From: a bacterium
GTDB taxonomy: Bacteria > UBA8248
Direction: 5' to 3'
Length of the DNA stretch: 64,000 bases
Assembly (NCBI GenBank): GCA_965219955.1
Contig: OZ244799.1
Coordinates: forward strand, 544,001-608,000
A program made the position numbers and the translations under genes. Below are positions 21,040 to 31,904 of this stretch, piece by piece. Below the pieces are notes generated by a model. It worked only from the letters and a program-made list of their open reading frames with translations. It had not been told where the DNA came from and made no database searches. The stretch's first letter is position 1. Each line of letters starts with the position of its first letter.

Positions 21040-21932
21040 CGACTTCTCCTCCTGCGGCGCAAAGCGAAACCGAAACCGGAACAAAAGTGTGCGCTCTGCT
21101 CTCCCGTCTGGAGAAGCGGTTCGCCGGGGCGGGCGTGGATTCGCCGGGGCTGGATGCGCGGCTCATCCTGGCTATGGTATTAGGCTGCGACAGGGCGCAT
21201 CTCCACGCGCATCCCGAAAAAATGGTTGTCCCGGAGGAACTCGCGCGGGTCGAGTCCCTGGCGCAAAGGAGAATGGCCCGCGAACCGATGGCCTACATCA
21301 TGGGCGAGCGGGAGTTCTGGTCCATGTCTCTTCTCGTCTCGCCCGGCGTGCTGATCCCAAGGCCCGAAACCGAGTTGCTCGTCGAGCGCGCCGTGGCGCT
21401 TTCGGGAAAGAAAGGACAAAGCAGGATATTGGACTTGTGCGCGGGTAGCGGCGCGGTGGGGCTGGCGGTCGCGAGTGAATTGACTGAGGCGCAAGTCACT
21501 CTGCTCGACCTCTGCCCGAAGGCGCTTGGGGTGGCGAGGCGAAACGCGGAGAGGCTCGGGTTTGGAAGTCGAACGGGTTTGCTGGTCTCGGATTTGTTTG
21601 GTGCGCTTGCAAAAGGAGACGAGTTCGACCTGATCGTCTCGAACCCGCCCTACGTGGCCACGGGCGAACTGGACGGCTTGATGCCCGAAGTTTCATCGTT
21701 CGAGCCCAGGCTCGCGCTGGACGGCGGCGCGGACGGGATGGACCTCATCCGGCGCATCATCGAGGAGGCGCCCGCATATCTGGCGCGCGGGGGTTTCCTG
21801 CTGATCGAGATGGACCCGCGCCAGATGGCCGTGGCGGAGGCTTTTTCGGAAGAACAGGGGAGTTACCGCTCTGCGAGACGCCATAATGATCTCGCGGGGC
21901 GCGAGAGGGTTTTGGAACTCAAGAGGGCTTAG
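21036..21932 (+). CDS. prmC: Release factor glutamine methyltransferase
   Basis: [29 protein letters not shown]. Confidence 0.95.
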   Translation: MTTSPPAAQSETETGTKVCALLSRLEKRFAGAGVDSPGLDARLILAMVLGCDRAHLHAHPEKMVVPEELARVESLAQRRMAREPMAYIMGEREFWSMSLLVSPGVLIPRPETELLVERAVALSGKKGQSRILDLCAGSGAVGLAVASELTEAQVTLLDLCPKALGVARRNAERLGFGSRTGLLVSDLFGALAKGDEFDLIVSNPPYVATGELDGLMPEVSSFEPRLALDGGADGMDLIRRIIEEAPAYLARGGFLLIEMDPRQMAVAEAFSEEQGSYRSARRHNDLAGRERVLELKRA

Positions 21933-21935
21933 GTT

Positions 21936-23195
21936 GTGGAGCGATTCCGTATCCGTGGAGGCAGGCCGCTGCGCGGCGAGACCGGGGCGTCGGGCTCCAA
22001 GAACGCCTCTTTGCCGATCCTGGCCGCCGCCATCCTGGCCGATGGCGTAAGCCGTGCGCGGCGAGTGCCTGACTTGCGCGACACGAACACGATTCTGGGG
22101 CTTCTGGGCGAGTTCGGCGTAAAGACGCGCCAGGAATCGCCCGGGCGCATCTCCCTGGACGCCACGAACATCACCGGCGGCGTCGCGCCCTATGAACTGG
22201 TGCAGGCGATGCGGGCCTCCATCCTGGTGCTGGGGCCACTGCTCGCGCGCTTCGGCTCGGCCCGCGTCTCCCTGCCGGGCGGCTGCGCCATCGGGGCGAG
22301 GCCCATCGATCAGCACCTGAAGGGCCTGAGCGCGATGGGGGCGGAGATCGAGATAGAACAGGGCTACATCGAGGCCAGGGCCCGGAAACTCACCGGAGCG
22401 CGCATCTCGTTCGACTTGACGACGGTGACGGGGACGAAGAACCTGATGATGGCGGCCTGCCTGGCGAAAGGCGTCACCGTTCTCGAGAATGCCGCTCTGG
22501 AGCCCGAGGTGGTCGCGCTCGCGGATTTGTTGAACCGGATGGGCGCCAGGGTGAGCGGCGCGGGCACGCCTGTTATCGAGATCGAGGGGGTGGATTCCCT
22601 GGCGGGCTACGACGTGGCCGTTCCCGCGGACCGCATCGAGGTGGGAACCCTCATGATAGCGGCGGCCATCACGGGTGGGGATTTGAGGATAACGAATTGT
22701 GAGCCGGAGCAGGTGCATGCGCTGGCGCTCAAGCTGAGCGAGGCCGGTCTGGAAGTGTCGGAAGGCGCGGACTGGATTCGCGTGCGGAGCGACGGCTCCG
22801 TGCGGCCCGTGAACGTGAAGACGGCGCCCTATCCGGGGTTCCCCACGGATCTGCAGGCGCAGTTCATGGCGCTCATGACGCTGGCCGGCGGGACCTGCGT
22901 GCTGACGGAGACCATCTTTGAGAATCGCTTCATGCACGCCGCCGAACTCGCCAGAATGAACGCGCGGATTCATATCGACGGCCGGACGGCGCACATCGAG
23001 GGCGTGGCGCATCTCGCCGGCGCCTCGGTGACGGCGACCGACCTGAGGGCGAGCGCATCGCTCGTTCTGGCGGGTCTGGCGGCGGATGGAGAAACCGTCG
23101 TTCGCAACGTATATCATATCGACAGGGGGTATCAGCGGCTCGAGGAGAGGCTGAGGGAACTCGGCGCGGATATCCGGCGCGAAGTGGAGTCGTGA
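21936..23195 (+). CDS. murA: UDP-GlcNAc enolpyruvyl transferase
   Basis: [45 protein letters not shown]. Confidence 0.97.
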   Translation: MERFRIRGGRPLRGETGASGSKNASLPILAAAILADGVSRARRVPDLRDTNTILGLLGEFGVKTRQESPGRISLDATNITGGVAPYELVQAMRASILVLGPLLARFGSARVSLPGGCAIGARPIDQHLKGLSAMGAEIEIEQGYIEARARKLTGARISFDLTTVTGTKNLMMAACLAKGVTVLENAALEPEVVALADLLNRMGARVSGAGTPVIEIEGVDSLAGYDVAVPADRIEVGTLMIAAAITGGDLRITNCEPEQVHALALKLSEAGLEVSEGADWIRVRSDGSVRPVNVKTAPYPGFPTDLQAQFMALMTLAGGTCVLTETIFENRFMHAAELARMNARIHIDGRTAHIEGVAHLAGASVTATDLRASASLVLAGLAADGETVVRNVYHIDRGYQRLEERLRELGADIRREVES

Positions 23196-23902
23196 TGAAA
23201 GAGAACCGGGAAAAAGAATTGATCATCGCCCTGCCCAAGGGCAGAATTTTCTCTGAAGCCACCGAATGTCTGGTGAAGGCGGGAGTTTTGTCCAAACCGA
23301 TATCGGACAAGTCCCGAAAGCTCATCCTTTGGGATCCCAAAACGGGGATCCGCGTCCTGATCCTCAGGAACCACGACGTGCCCATCTACGTGGAGCGCGG
23401 GGCCGCCGATTTGGGCGTCATCGGGCGCGACGTGCTGCTCGAACAGGGGCGCGACGTATACGAACCCCTGGATTTGAACATGGCCCCGTGCCGCCTCATG
23501 GTGGCGGCGCCCGAGGGAATGACCTGGGCGGACCTGAGCGGGCGGATATCGCTTCGCGTGGCGACGAAGTTTCCCGCCATTACCACCCGGTTTTTCGAGC
23601 GGATGGGGGTTCAGGCCAAGATCATCCGGCTCTACGGAAACGTGGAGATCGCCCCCGCCACGGGCGTGGCGGACCTGGTTGTGGATCTGGTGGACACCGG
23701 CGGGACGCTTCGGGCCAACGGGCTGGCGCCGATTCGTGAGATATTCAGCGCGACCGCCAGGCTCATCGCCAACCGTGCGAGCCTGAAGACGAACTACAAG
23801 AAGGTGAGCGCGATCATCGAACAGCTGAAAGGGGTGATACCCCCCGCCGTGAACGGCATGGGCAACGGCGCGAAGGGGCCGTCCCGAAAGGAGAAGGCGT
23901 GA
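23192..23902 (+). CDS. hisG: ATP phosphoribosyltransferase, short form
   Basis: ALPKGR, DVPIYVE.GAADLG, VATKF, DLVDTGGTLRANGL; no C-terminal regulatory domain. Confidence 0.95.
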   Translation: MMKENREKELIIALPKGRIFSEATECLVKAGVLSKPISDKSRKLILWDPKTGIRVLILRNHDVPIYVERGAADLGVIGRDVLLEQGRDVYEPLDLNMAPCRLMVAAPEGMTWADLSGRISLRVATKFPAITTRFFERMGVQAKIIRLYGNVEIAPATGVADLVVDLVDTGGTLRANGLAPIREIFSATARLIANRASLKTNYKKVSAIIEQLKGVIPPAVNGMGNGAKGPSRKEKA

Positions 23903-25194
23903 GGCGCTTCGGCTACGGGGCGGAGAATTTCGCCGCGGAGGTCGAGCGCCTCTCCCTGGGCGGGGAGGATGCGTTTTCCCGCGTCGAGGGGGACGTGCGC
24001 GCGATTATCGAGCGCGTCCGCGCGGAGGGCGATGACGCGCTTATCGCACTGACACAGGCGTTCGACGGCGTTTCCCTGGACGCCGGGAGCCTCGTCGTCG
24101 GTCAGGAAGAGATGGCGCGCGCACTCGATGCGCTGCCGTCCGAGACGCTGGACGCCCTGAAGCTCGCCGAGGAGCGGATCCGCGCGTTTCACGAGGCGCA
24201 GGTTCCTCAGGCGATCACGACCGGGCAAACACCCGGCGAGCGGCTCTCGCTCGAACCCACACCGCTCGCAAGCGTGGGTCTCTATGCGCCCGGCGGCACG
24301 GCGGCCTATCCCTCCACCGTGCTCATGAACGCGACTCCCGCGCGCGCCGCGGGCGTGGACGAGTTGGTTCTGTGTACGCCGCCGGGCCCGGACGGCGAGG
24401 TGCCCGCCGCCGTGCTGGCGGCGGCTTCCCTGGCGGGTCTCGAACGCGTCGTGCGCGTGGGCGGCGCGCAGGCGGTCGCCGCGATGGCCTACGGCACGCA
24501 GAGCGTCCCCCGCGTGGACAAGATAGTGGGGCCGGGCAACGTCTACGTCGCCGCCGCCAAGCGCATCGTGCGAGGGCGCGTGGAAATCGATAAAGAGGCC
24601 GGCCCGAGCGAGGTGGTCGTGCTCATCGACGATGCGGCCCTGGCCGCGTGGGCGGCGGCGGACCTGCTCGCCCAGGCCGAGCACGACTCACAAGCCATGG
24701 CGGTGGGCGTCTGCGTGGGCGCGCAGGTGGCCGACGCCCTGGAGGGGGAAGTGGAAAGCCAGTTGCGCTCAGCCGCAAGGAGCGGGGAGATTGCGCAGGC
24801 TCTGGAGAATCGCGGCGCCGTCATCGAGGTGGCATCGCGCGGAGAGGCGCTTGCGGTGGCGGAGATGCTCGCGCCCGAGCACCTGGAGATATTGATGGAG
24901 AGCGCGGAGGAGGCGGCGAAAGGCATTCGCAATGCCGGCGCGGTGTTCTGCGGGCCGTGGAGCCCGGTTGCCCTGGGCGATTACGTCGCAGGCCCCAACC
25001 ACGTGCTTCCCACGGGCGGCGCGGCGCGCTACGCCTCGCCGCTCGGCGTGTATGACTTCATCAAGTGGACGAGCAAGGTGTGTTTCGATGCGGAGGCCGC
25101 GGCGCGGCTGGCCGAACCCGCGGCGCGGCTCGCCGATCTCGAAGGCCTGCCCGCCCACGCGCGGGCCCTGCGCCTGAGGCGCGGCGCATCCTGA
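23899..25194 (+). CDS. hisD: Histidinol dehydrogenase
   Basis: YPSTVLMN, GGAQAVAA, GPGNVYV, AGPSEV, QAEHD, APEHLE, GPNHVLPT. Confidence 0.96.
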   Translation: MRRFGYGAENFAAEVERLSLGGEDAFSRVEGDVRAIIERVRAEGDDALIALTQAFDGVSLDAGSLVVGQEEMARALDALPSETLDALKLAEERIRAFHEAQVPQAITTGQTPGERLSLEPTPLASVGLYAPGGTAAYPSTVLMNATPARAAGVDELVLCTPPGPDGEVPAAVLAAASLAGLERVVRVGGAQAVAAMAYGTQSVPRVDKIVGPGNVYVAAAKRIVRGRVEIDKEAGPSEVVVLIDDAALAAWAAADLLAQAEHDSQAMAVGVCVGAQVADALEGEVESQLRSAARSGEIAQALENRGAVIEVASRGEALAVAEMLAPEHLEILMESAEEAAKGIRNAGAVFCGPWSPVALGDYVAGPNHVLPTGGAARYASPLGVYDFIKWTSKVCFDAEAAARLAEPAARLADLEGLPAHARALRLRRGAS

Positions 25195-25234
25195 GGGGTT
25201 GTTGAAAAGCATCCTCGATCGGAATTCACCCTTC

Positions 25235-25398
25235 CTTCATCCCGAGTAGGCGCGCTTTTGCGCGCCGTATCGAGGGTTTGACCCGACCGAGGAGGTAGGG
25301 TCAAACCTTCGATACGCGGCTTCGCCGCTACTCAGGGTGAGGCGATCAAAAAACACCCTCATCCCGAGTAGGCCCGTAAGGGCCGTATCGAGGGACGC
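25235..25398. repeat. Palindromic REP-like units (CTCATCCYGAGTAG..GTATCGARGG family)
   Basis: Inverted pair 25235-25342 plus a third unit 25357-25398; same family at 28418 and 45980. Confidence 0.85.
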
Positions 25399-25478
25399 AG
25401 GAAACAGCTTTCCTGTCCCCTGCGCCGTGAACCCCCCAACCCTCCTCGGTCGGCATTGATTGCCGGAATGACGACTAA

Positions 25479-27213
25479 CCCGGATATTTCACCGACAAAT
25501 GGCATGGGGCCTCTGAATGTCGGATAATGTGAGTTGTCTCAATAACTTACACCCGTCCGACAGAGAGGCCCCATGGATACGCATTGTACACCGGAACAAC
25601 TTCACTTTCACCCCCACGGAAGACGCGAGGTCATCGCCCGATTCGACGGCGGACGGATCACGTCGGACGCCGGCGGGGTGCTGCTTCGCGAGACGGATCT
25701 CCGCCTGGGTCTGATGGCTCGTCTGGCGCGGTGTTTTCGTGATTGCCGCAAGCCCGGCAGCGTGGAGCACCCGGTGCGCTCGCTGGCGGCGCAGCGGGTG
25801 TACGCGCTGGCGCTGGGCTACGAGGACCTGAACGACCACGAGGATTTGCGCCGCGACAGGTTGCTGGCGCTGCTGGTGGGCAAGCGGGACCTGACGGGAG
25901 CCGGGCGGGTTCGCCTTCGGGACCGCGGCTCTCCGCTGGCCGCATCGAGTACGCTGAACCGCCTGGAGTTGGGCGGCGCCGAGGCGGCGACGGATCGCTA
26001 CAAGCGCATCGCTGCGGACTTCGAGGCGATGGACCGCCTGCTGGTGGACGTGTTCATGGAGTCTTACGCCGAACCGCCCGAAGAGATATGGCTGGACCTC
26101 GACGCCACGGACGACCCCCTGCACGGTCGCCAGGAGGGGCGCTTCTTCCACGGCTATTACGGCCGCTACTGTTATCTGCCGCTCTACGTCTTCTGCGGCG
26201 CGCATCTGCTGTGCGCGCGGCTGCGCCGCTCGAACGTCGACGCCTCGGCCGGCAGCGAGGAGGAGTTGGCGCGGATCGTGGCGCAGGTCCGCAGGCGCTG
26301 GCCGCGTACGCGGGTCGTGGTTCGCGGCGACTCGGGTTTTTGCCGCGAGCCGTTGATGCGCTGGTGCGAGGAGAACGGCGTCGGCTACGTGTTCGGCATG
26401 GCGCGCAACGCGCGGCTGGTGCGGGCGATTGGCCGGGACCTCTACCGGGCCGAGGTCGTCTGTCGCCGCACGGGTGAGCCGGCGCGCCGGTATCGCGACT
26501 TCCGCTATCGAACGCGCAAGAGCTGGTCCAGAACCCGCCGGGTGGTGGGCAAGGCGCAATACCTGCCCAGGGGGGCGAACCCGCGGTTCGTGGTCACCAA
26601 TCTCCGCCCCCGGCGGGCCGGCGCCAGACGCCTCTACGAAGAACTCTACTGCGCCCGGGGAGAGATGGAGAACCGCATCAAGGAACAGCAACTCGGCCTG
26701 TTCGCCGACCGCACCAGCAGCGCCACCATGAGGGCCAATCAGTTGCGGCTCTACTTCGCCTCCTTCGCCTACGTCCTGATGCACGGACTCCGGCGCCTGG
26801 GGCTGGCGGGCACGACATGCGCCAGGGCCCAGTGCGCAACGATCCGGCTGAAACTGCTCAAGATCGGCGCCCGCGTGAGGGTCAGCGTGCGCAAGGTCCG
26901 GCTGTCTATCTCCGAGGCCTGGCCCCATGCGGCGCTCTTCGAAAAGGTAGTGAACAACCTGCGTACGCACCCGCCCTGGCCGACGGCGGGGGAGAGTGAC
27001 TGAGCGTAGAATCGGAGCGACATAGGTTGCCGCAGCGGGAAACCTGCGCCTGCGCGTCGGCCGGCACTCCCCGAAAGCCTTCGAAATCGACGAAAAAGCG
27101 CCGCTCGGGCGCCGTGCGTCATCGTATCGCGCCGACGAAGAAGGCCGCCTCCCGAATCAAGCCGTCCACGACTTCAAATCAGGCCGTTCCAAAGCCTCGG
27201 TGAAATATCCGGG
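25479..27213 (+). mobile_element. IS1380-family insertion sequence
   Basis: Perfect 17-bp TIR CCCGGATATTTCACCGA / TCGGTGAAATATCCGGG; CTAA target duplication (25475-25478, 27214-27217). Confidence 0.93.
25573..27003 (+). CDS. IS1380-family DDE transposase
   Basis: FDGGRITSDAG, GYEDLNDH, LDLDATDDPLHG.QEG, RGDSGF, RGEMENRIKE. Confidence 0.93.
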   Translation: MDTHCTPEQLHFHPHGRREVIARFDGGRITSDAGGVLLRETDLRLGLMARLARCFRDCRKPGSVEHPVRSLAAQRVYALALGYEDLNDHEDLRRDRLLALLVGKRDLTGAGRVRLRDRGSPLAASSTLNRLELGGAEAATDRYKRIAADFEAMDRLLVDVFMESYAEPPEEIWLDLDATDDPLHGRQEGRFFHGYYGRYCYLPLYVFCGAHLLCARLRRSNVDASAGSEEELARIVAQVRRRWPRTRVVVRGDSGFCREPLMRWCEENGVGYVFGMARNARLVRAIGRDLYRAEVVCRRTGEPARRYRDFRYRTRKSWSRTRRVVGKAQYLPRGANPRFVVTNLRPRRAGARRLYEELYCARGEMENRIKEQQLGLFADRTSSATMRANQLRLYFASFAYVLMHGLRRLGLAGTTCARAQCATIRLKLLKIGARVRVSVRKVRLSISEAWPHAALFEKVVNNLRTHPPWPTAGESD

Positions 27214-27462
27214 CTAAAACCCGAAACCGGTTGGAGGCGCAGGCTCTAGCCTTGAAAAGCAACCCCCCTACCCCCCTTAACAAGGGGGTAAAAGCGATGC
27301 CCCTCGACGAGAGGGTGGAAGAAAAGCCCCCCTGCAAGGGGTTGTTGCAAAAGCTCCGTGGAGCGATTTTGGGGATTCAGGCAACTGACGAGAGAGAAGA
27401 AATCACTCCCCCCTTCAGGGGGTTGTTGAAAAAGCCCCAAACGGTGAGGGGACGATGTTTTT

Positions 27463-27539
27463 GTAGGGACAGGCCTCCGTGCCTGTCCAGACGAAGGACA
27501 ACCACGAAGAGCAGGACAGGCACGGAGGCCTGTCCCTAC
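27463..27539. repeat. GTAG-type REP doublet (REPIN-like)
   Basis: GTAGGGACAGGCCTCCGTGCCTGTCC-spacer-GGACAGGCACGGAGGCCTGTCCCTAC; near-identical copy at 29385-29461. Confidence 0.9.
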
Positions 27540-27681
27540 GGCGAACGATCTTGAGGGTCGGACAGGACTTTTTCAACAGTTCCCTGAGGGGGCGCTGGCG
27601 GGGCGGGCGCGGATCAAGCATAATCGCACTGCCGAAAGGCGGCGTTTTCACAGGAATTTTCCATCCGCCGGGAGAGAGAAG

Positions 27682-28284
27682 GTGGCCTCGAAAGCCGGAG
27701 AGAGAAAAGCGCGCGTGAGCAGAAAGACGAAGGAGACCGACTTCACCGTCGCCGTCAACCTCGACGGCGCGGGAGAGGCCGAAATCAATACGGGCCTCGG
27801 TTTCTTCGATCACATGCTCGCCCAGATCGCCCGCCACGGGCTGGTGGATTTGACCGTCCGCGGCAAGGGAGACCTCGACGTCGACGGCCACCACACGGTG
27901 GAGGACGTGGGCATCATCCTGGGGCGGACGCTGGCGAAGGCGCTCGGAGACCGGGCGGGCATCACCCGCTACGCCGACGTGCGCCTGCCCATGATGGACG
28001 CGCTCGTTCACGTGGCGGCGGATTTCGGCGGCAGGGGAAACCTCGTCTTCCGCGCCGCGTTCCCCGAAGCCCGGATTGGCGAGTTCGACACCGCGCTCGT
28101 GCGCGAGTTCTTCTGGTCGGTGGCCACCCACGCGGGCGTCGACCTCCACGTCGAGGTCTGCTACGGGGACAACAGCCACCACATGGTCGAAGCCGTGTTC
28201 AAGGGCTTCGCGCGGGCGCTGCGAGCGGGCGTCGCGCTCGACCCGAGGGATGAGAGCGTGCCCAGCACCAAGGGCGTTTTATGA
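27682..28284 (+). CDS. hisB: Imidazoleglycerol-phosphate dehydratase
   Basis: [40 protein letters not shown]. Confidence 0.97.
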   Translation: MASKAGERKARVSRKTKETDFTVAVNLDGAGEAEINTGLGFFDHMLAQIARHGLVDLTVRGKGDLDVDGHHTVEDVGIILGRTLAKALGDRAGITRYADVRLPMMDALVHVAADFGGRGNLVFRAAFPEARIGEFDTALVREFFWSVATHAGVDLHVEVCYGDNSHHMVEAVFKGFARALRAGVALDPRDESVPSTKGVL

Positions 28285-28311
28285 CGAGGCCTTTTGAGGT
28301 TCCGTCATCAT

Positions 28312-28636
28312 GGGGTTGTTGAGAAACCCGCATGAATCGGGTTTGATTTGTAGGGGACGCATACGGACCTGTTGAAAAAGTCACGTCTCTATCTCTACCG
28401 CGCAGGTGGCCATAAAACCTCATCCTGAGTAGGCGCGAAAGCGCCGTATCGAAGGATGGGAAGCGTCTCCCAGCGTGCGAGAGGGCGTCCTTCGATACGC
28501 CGCCTTCGGCGGCTACTCAGGATGAGGAAGGTGTGGGCAGAGCTTGTCCCGAGCGAAGTCGAGGGAGCCTGTACTGAGCCTGTCGAAGGGCCGCTACTCA
28601 GGATGAGGGAGATGCGAGGGCTTTTTCAACAGCCCC
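28312..28636. mobile_element. MITE-like element with REP cargo between hisB and hisH
   Basis: GGGGTTGTTGAGAAA (second left end GGACCTGTTGAAAAAG at 28365) ... CTTTTTCAACAGCCCC; internal palindrome 28418-28527; no clear TSD. Confidence 0.65.
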
Positions 28637-28651
28637 GGTAGGAGGAGCAGA

Positions 28652-29314
28652 ATGACTGGCGATATCGTCGTGGTCGACTACGGCATGGGAAACATCCTGA
28701 GCGTGAGGAACGCTCTGGCCAAAATCGGCGCTGAGGCGGTGCTGAGCGATGATCCGGAAATCCTGGAGGCGGCGGGGGGCGTCATCCTGCCCGGCATAGG
28801 CGGTTTTCCGGATTGCATGCGGGCCCTGGAGGAAGCCGGCCTCACCGGGCCGTTGCGCCACGTCATCGAGCGGGGCGTCCCCTACCTCGGGATATGCCTC
28901 GGCCTACAGATTCTTTTCGAGGAAAGCGAGGAGTTCGGCGCCACGCCGGGCTTGGGAATCCTGCCCGGTCGCGTGCGGCGCTTCCCCGAGGGGATGACCG
29001 AAAACGGCGGCGCGCTGCCTCTCAAGGTTCCGCACATGGGCTGGAACCAGCCTGAGTTTCAGAACCACTCCCCGATTCTTGAAGGCGTGCCGAGCGGGGC
29101 GCATTTCTATTTCGTCCACTCCTACTATGCGGAGCCCTCGGAAGCGGCGCGGCCCTGGATTGCGGCGACGTGCGATTTCGGCGTGCCCTTCATCGCCAGC
29201 GTTCATCGGGAAAACCTCTTCGCCACCCAGTTCCACCCCGAAAAAAGCGGCGCGCTCGGTTTGGGGATTTTAAGGAAATTCGTCGAAATCTGCCGCGAGC
29301 GCGAAGCCTCGTAG
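28652..29314 (+). CDS. hisH: Imidazole glycerol phosphate synthase, glutaminase subunit
   Basis: VDYGMGN, GICLGLQ, PHMGWN, YFVHSY, QFHPEKS. Confidence 0.96.
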   Translation: MTGDIVVVDYGMGNILSVRNALAKIGAEAVLSDDPEILEAAGGVILPGIGGFPDCMRALEEAGLTGPLRHVIERGVPYLGICLGLQILFEESEEFGATPGLGILPGRVRRFPEGMTENGGALPLKVPHMGWNQPEFQNHSPILEGVPSGAHFYFVHSYYAEPSEAARPWIAATCDFGVPFIASVHRENLFATQFHPEKSGALGLGILRKFVEICREREAS

Positions 29315-29504
29315 GGGGTTGTTGGTAAGCCCTGTTTCGGGATCGGCGGCAAGGAGGTTCACGCGACGCAGACGTGATGGTTTTGTAGGGACAGGCCTCC
29401 GTGCCTGTCCTGACGAAGGACAACCACGAAGAGTAGGACAGGCACGGAGGCCTGTCCCTACGGCGAACAATCTCGAAGGTCGGACAGGATTTTTCAACAA
29501 CCCC
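29315..29504. mobile_element. MITE-like element with GTAG-REP doublet between hisH and hisA
   Basis: GGGGTTGTTGG immediately after the hisH TAG ... TTTTTCAACAACCCC; 3' 125 bp nearly identical to 27460-27583. Confidence 0.7.
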
Positions 29505-29649
29505 CTGGGGGCGGCCTCTCTTGCGGGCCGTTACGGGCGCGCCTTCGCCCCTTTTCCGCGATAATTTCCCGTAAGCGTTTGCAATAAAACCCGTTTGGGT
29601 TTAATGAGAGGCGCAAGAGAAACGGAAGCTTCATCTCGGGGGTGGCGTT

Positions 29650-30375
29650 TTGCTTCTCATTCCGGCGGTCGATCTCAAGGGCGGCAAATGCGTGCGGCTC
29701 ATCCAGGGCCAGAAAGGGCGCGAGATCGTCTACGGCGACGACCCGGTGGCGTGGGCGCTTCGCTGGGTGGAGCAGGGCGCGCAGCGGCTGCACCTCATCG
29801 ATCTCGACGGCGCCTTTGACGGCGCGCCCGCCCACATCGACGTTCTGGAGCAGGTGGCGGAGGCCGTGGACGTCCCCGTGGAATTCGGCGGCGGCGTGCG
29901 CTCTGAAGATTCTCTCGCGGCCGTCCTGGAGGCGGGGGCGAGCTTCGTCATCCTCGGCACGAGCGCGCTCAGGAACCCGGAGTTCCTCGAGTCCGCCGCC
30001 CGCAAAAATCCCGGCAAAATTCTTTTGGGCATCGACGCCAAAGACGGGGAAGTCAGAATCTCGGGCTGGGAGGAGGGCGATTCGGTGGCGCCCGAATCGC
30101 TCGCGAACCGCTTCGCCCATCTGCCCCTGGCGGGAATCATCTTCACCGACATCAGGCGCGACGGGACGCTTGAGGGCTTCGACCCCGCACCCACCGCCGC
30201 GCTTGCGGAGGCCTGCGGTCTGCCCGTCATCGCCGCGGGCGGCGTGAGCAGGCTCGAGGACGTGGAAAAACTCATTCCCCTGGAAGATGTGGGCGTCATC
30301 GGCGCCGTCGTGGGGCGCGCCCTCTATGAGGGGACCATGGATTTTCCAAAAGCGATGGAGATGCTCTCTTGCTAG
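29650..30375 (+). CDS. hisA: ProFAR isomerase
   Basis: [43 protein letters not shown]. Confidence 0.96.
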   Translation: MLLIPAVDLKGGKCVRLIQGQKGREIVYGDDPVAWALRWVEQGAQRLHLIDLDGAFDGAPAHIDVLEQVAEAVDVPVEFGGGVRSEDSLAAVLEAGASFVILGTSALRNPEFLESAARKNPGKILLGIDAKDGEVRISGWEEGDSVAPESLANRFAHLPLAGIIFTDIRRDGTLEGFDPAPTAALAEACGLPVIAAGGVSRLEDVEKLIPLEDVGVIGAVVGRALYEGTMDFPKAMEMLSC

Positions 30376-31139
30376 CCAAGCGAATCATTCCCTGCCTCGA
30401 CGTGAAGGAAGGCCGCGTGGTGAAGGGCGTGAATTTCGAGGGCCTGCGCGACGCGGGCGACCCCGTGGAGTGCGCCGCGCATTATGACGACATGGGAGCG
30501 GATGAAATCTGTTTTCTGGACATCACGGCTTCGAAGGAGAAGCGCGGCACCCTGCTCGACATGGTGCGGCGCACGGCGGAGCGCGTGTTCGTTCCGCTCA
30601 CCGTCGGCGGCGGCGTGCGCGAGGAGAAAGACGTGCGCGATCTGCTGAGGGCGGGCGCGGACAAGGTGAGCATCAACAGCGCGGCGCTCAGGGACCCGGG
30701 CGTCCTCAAGCGCTCGGCGGAGCGCTACGGAAGCTCCACCATCGTGTGCGCCATCGACGCCAAGCGCGTCGCGGGCGATGCGGATGCGCCCCGGTGGGAG
30801 GCGTTCACGCACGGGGGCTCGCGTCCCACCGGCCAGGACGCCGTGGCCTGGGCGGAGGAGGCGTGTGAACTGGGCGCCGGCGAGATTCTCCTCACCAGCA
30901 TGGACAGGGACGGAACCAAGGACGGGTACGATCTGGCCCTCACGCGCACGATTGCCGAGCGGGTGGGCGTGCCCGTCATCGCCTCGGGCGGCGTGGGGAA
31001 CCTCGAGCATCTCTACGAGGGGCTGGAAGAAGGCTTCGCCGACGCCGTTCTGGCCGCCTCGATATTCCACTTTGGCGATTATTCGGTCGAGGAGGTGAAA
31101 GTCTATCTGCGCGAGCGCGGCGTGGAGGTGAGGCTGTGA
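30369..31139 (+). CDS. hisF: IGP synthase cyclase subunit
   Basis: [37 protein letters not shown]. Confidence 0.97.
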   Translation: MLAKRIIPCLDVKEGRVVKGVNFEGLRDAGDPVECAAHYDDMGADEICFLDITASKEKRGTLLDMVRRTAERVFVPLTVGGGVREEKDVRDLLRAGADKVSINSAALRDPGVLKRSAERYGSSTIVCAIDAKRVAGDADAPRWEAFTHGGSRPTGQDAVAWAEEACELGAGEILLTSMDRDGTKDGYDLALTRTIAERVGVPVIASGGVGNLEHLYEGLEEGFADAVLAASIFHFGDYSVEEVKVYLRERGVEVRL

Positions 31140-31810
31140 ACGAAATGGAAATCCCCGAGGTCAAGTGGAACGATCAGGGTCTGGCCCCCGCCATCTGCCA
31201 GGATGCGGGAACGGGGCAGGTCCTGACGCTCGCATGGGTGAACGAGGAATCGCTGCGCCTCACGCTCGAGAAGGGGACCGTCCACTTCTGGTCGCGCTCC
31301 CGGGGGGAGCTCTGGCACAAGGGCGAGACGTCGGGTAATTATCTGCGCCTGGTATCGGCGAGGCTCGATTGCGACGCCGATGCGCTGGTGTTCATCGTGA
31401 GGCCCGACGGGCCTGCCTGCCACACGAACCGGATGTCGTGTTTTTTTCATGAAATCCCCGTGCCCGAGCGGGATGGGGGCGGGGAACCGCTCGAATTCGA
31501 TCAGAACCTGCTCGAATCGGTGTACCGCCTGATTCTCACGAGGAAAGAGGCGGGCGATACGGATTCGAGCTACGTGGCGCGCCTGTTCGCGAAGGGCGAG
31601 GAGCGGGTGCTGGAGAAGATAGACGAAGAGGCCGCCGAGGTCGTCATGGCGATGAAGGAAGACGACGCGGTCGCCATCACGAACGAGGTGGCCGACTTGT
31701 GGTTCCACACCCTGGTGGGGATGGCCGCGCGCGGCGTGCCGCCGGGGCGCGTTTTCGCGGAACTCGCCCGCCGGTTCGGGCGCGGCGGGAGGCCCGAGTC
31801 CGAGAGATAG
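31136..31810 (+). CDS. hisIE: Bifunctional PR-AMP cyclohydrolase / PR-ATP pyrophosphatase
   Basis: [18 protein letters not shown]...SCF, then [24 protein letters not shown]. Confidence 0.94.
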   Translation: MNEMEIPEVKWNDQGLAPAICQDAGTGQVLTLAWVNEESLRLTLEKGTVHFWSRSRGELWHKGETSGNYLRLVSARLDCDADALVFIVRPDGPACHTNRMSCFFHEIPVPERDGGGEPLEFDQNLLESVYRLILTRKEAGDTDSSYVARLFAKGEERVLEKIDEEAAEVVMAMKEDDAVAITNEVADLWFHTLVGMAARGVPPGRVFAELARRFGRGGRPESER

Positions 31811-31875
31811 GGCGTATTCCGCCAAGTCCGGGGCTCTGACATTTATGGCGGCAAGTTTCATTATTTTCATTTTAA

Positions 31876-31904
31876 TTGACAGATCCGTCCCCGGCTCCTA
31901 TATT
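31876..31904 (+). promoter_or_regulatory. Near-consensus sigma70 promoter 320 bp upstream of mutS2
   Basis: TTGACA-17 nt-TATATT with AT-rich upstream (UP-like) tract. Confidence 0.65.

Larger units (their letters stand above)
25195..27583. mobile_element. Composite MITE-like element (REP cargo, nested IS1380)
   Basis: Left end GGGGTTGTTGAAAAG, right end CTTTTTCAACAGTTCC; flanked by CTGA repeats (25191-25194, 27584-27587); extra left ends at 27338 and 27419. Confidence 0.7.

Noticed and set aside
25235-29504. Intergenic palindromes as CRISPR repeats or simple terminators
   Set aside because: Inverted doublets dispersed at several loci, irregular spacing, no U-tracts; they fit REP/MITE elements.
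27231-29564. Small ORFs 27231-27554, 28456-28641, 29319-29564
   Set aside because: Translations of REP/MITE sequence (e.g. repeated GTEACPY / VGTGLRACP); no coding evidence.
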